In this document: piece by piece, positions 63,029-64,000 of the stretch
Layout: each line of letters begins with the position of its first letter
Numbering within the stretch: position 1 is the first letter of the stretch
Assembly: GCF_006345805.1 (NCBI RefSeq)
Contig: NC_043025.1
Span: 7,378,001-7,442,000, forward strand
DNA from: Octopus sinensis
Lineage: Eukaryota
Reading direction: 5' to 3'
DNA length: 64,000 bases
Made by a program: the position numbers and the translations under genes
Notes under the pieces: model-generated
The model's database searches: none
Seen by the model: the letters and a program-made list of their open reading frames with translations, nothing else
Told to the model about the DNA's origin: nothing

Positions 63029-64000
63029 CAGTATTTACAGCGTTTAGAGGTACTCCAACAAACTGTTCATTTGAAGGTGTGTATTGGTGTATGCATGAAC
63101 TTATATATATATATCAGCCGAAATTTGCTATGATGATCCGGTTCCTGACTGAAGATTAAAGGCTTCGAATGACCCGTCTGTTTTCTGTGTTCGTCCCTTT
63201 GTGTATTTCACGTTCTTGTTTCTTTATATATAATTTTTATTCCTATATATATATATATATATATATATGGAGCTTGCTTCCCAGCTACATGGTTTCGGGT
63301 TCAGTCCCACTGCGTGGCATTTTGGGCAAGTGTCTTCTGCTATAGCCTCGAGCCGACCGGAGCTTTGTGATTGAATTCGGTAGGCGGAAGTTACTGCCGT
63401 GTGTGTATGTGTGCGTATAGCTGCTCGGTGCCTCTCCGAAAGAGAGAGAGAGGGGGATATTATTTACAATGTAGATATGCAATATATTTTACGCAATATA
63501 CAGGTGCTCTGACAGGTTGAAGGTGTGTGCTGTTGAATGTGTGTATGTAATATTTACAGGAAATAAATATATGTTCCTAGATTTTCCTGTTGGTTTTTTT
63601 TCTCCCTGTTATTATTGGGAACAGATCAATGTGTGGTGTGTATTGATTACACTTGCTTGATCAATTTTTTTTTTTGATCAGACGAGGGAATCAGGAATCA
63701 GATGTTCAGAAGCATCCATCAATAGATGAAGACGGCAATGACCTGTCGGATGTATTGACACCTGGAATATTAAAGAAAAGACGATTAATTGTTAAAATGT
63801 TTTTGATGAGTAATGTGTGGTCAGTATGTTAATAAGGTTCATCCTCATCATCATCATTTAACGTCTGCTTTCCATGCTGGCATGGGTTGGACGGTTTGAC
63901 TGAGGGCTGGCGAACCAGATGGCTGCACCAGTCTCCAATCTGATCTGGCAGAGCTTCTACAGCTGGATGCCTTTCCTAATGCCAACCACTCCGAGAGTGT

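Noticed and set aside
63125-63180. Possible sixth hammerhead-like motif
   Set aside because: Lacks a proper CUGANGA/GAAA arrangement and helix I pairing.
63680-63830. Possible exon (49-codon plus-strand frame; strong minus-strand acceptor near 63763)
   Set aside because: No recognisable homology or partner splice site; cannot be supported without RNA data.

Overview
Eukaryotic, repeat-saturated genomic DNA; the SINE and microsatellite repertoire points to an octopod cephalopod (inference). Three protein-coding genes are supported. (1) DHX37, first two coding exons on the minus strand (3994-3914, 1061-876), too short for the ORF track. (2) A complete 20-exon VPS53 on the plus strand (6783-45688, 855 aa), head-to-head with DHX37. 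(3) TMEM260 protein O-mannosyltransferase on the minus strand as one uninterrupted ORF (62043-59998), tail-to-tail with VPS53. The rest is tRNA-derived SINEs, decayed mariner-type transposons, two non-autonomous Helitrons, CR1-like and R4/Dong-like LINE ends, MITE/foldback hairpins, retroposon-seeded tandem arrays and microsatellites. All other long ORFs in the track are repeat artefacts. Best leads: five ~35-nt minimal hammerhead-ribozyme-like motifs with helix covariation in short (TA)n-associated elements; a ~1.4-kb inverted duplication bracketing DHX37 exon 1 and reaching the VPS53 upstream region; complementary (ACC)n/(GGT)n tracts hugging in-frame VPS53 exons 12-13; near-perfect ~150-bp hairpins; and intron-free TMEM260. 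Gene identities come from recalled orthologue sequences, not database searches; repeat boundaries are approximate.
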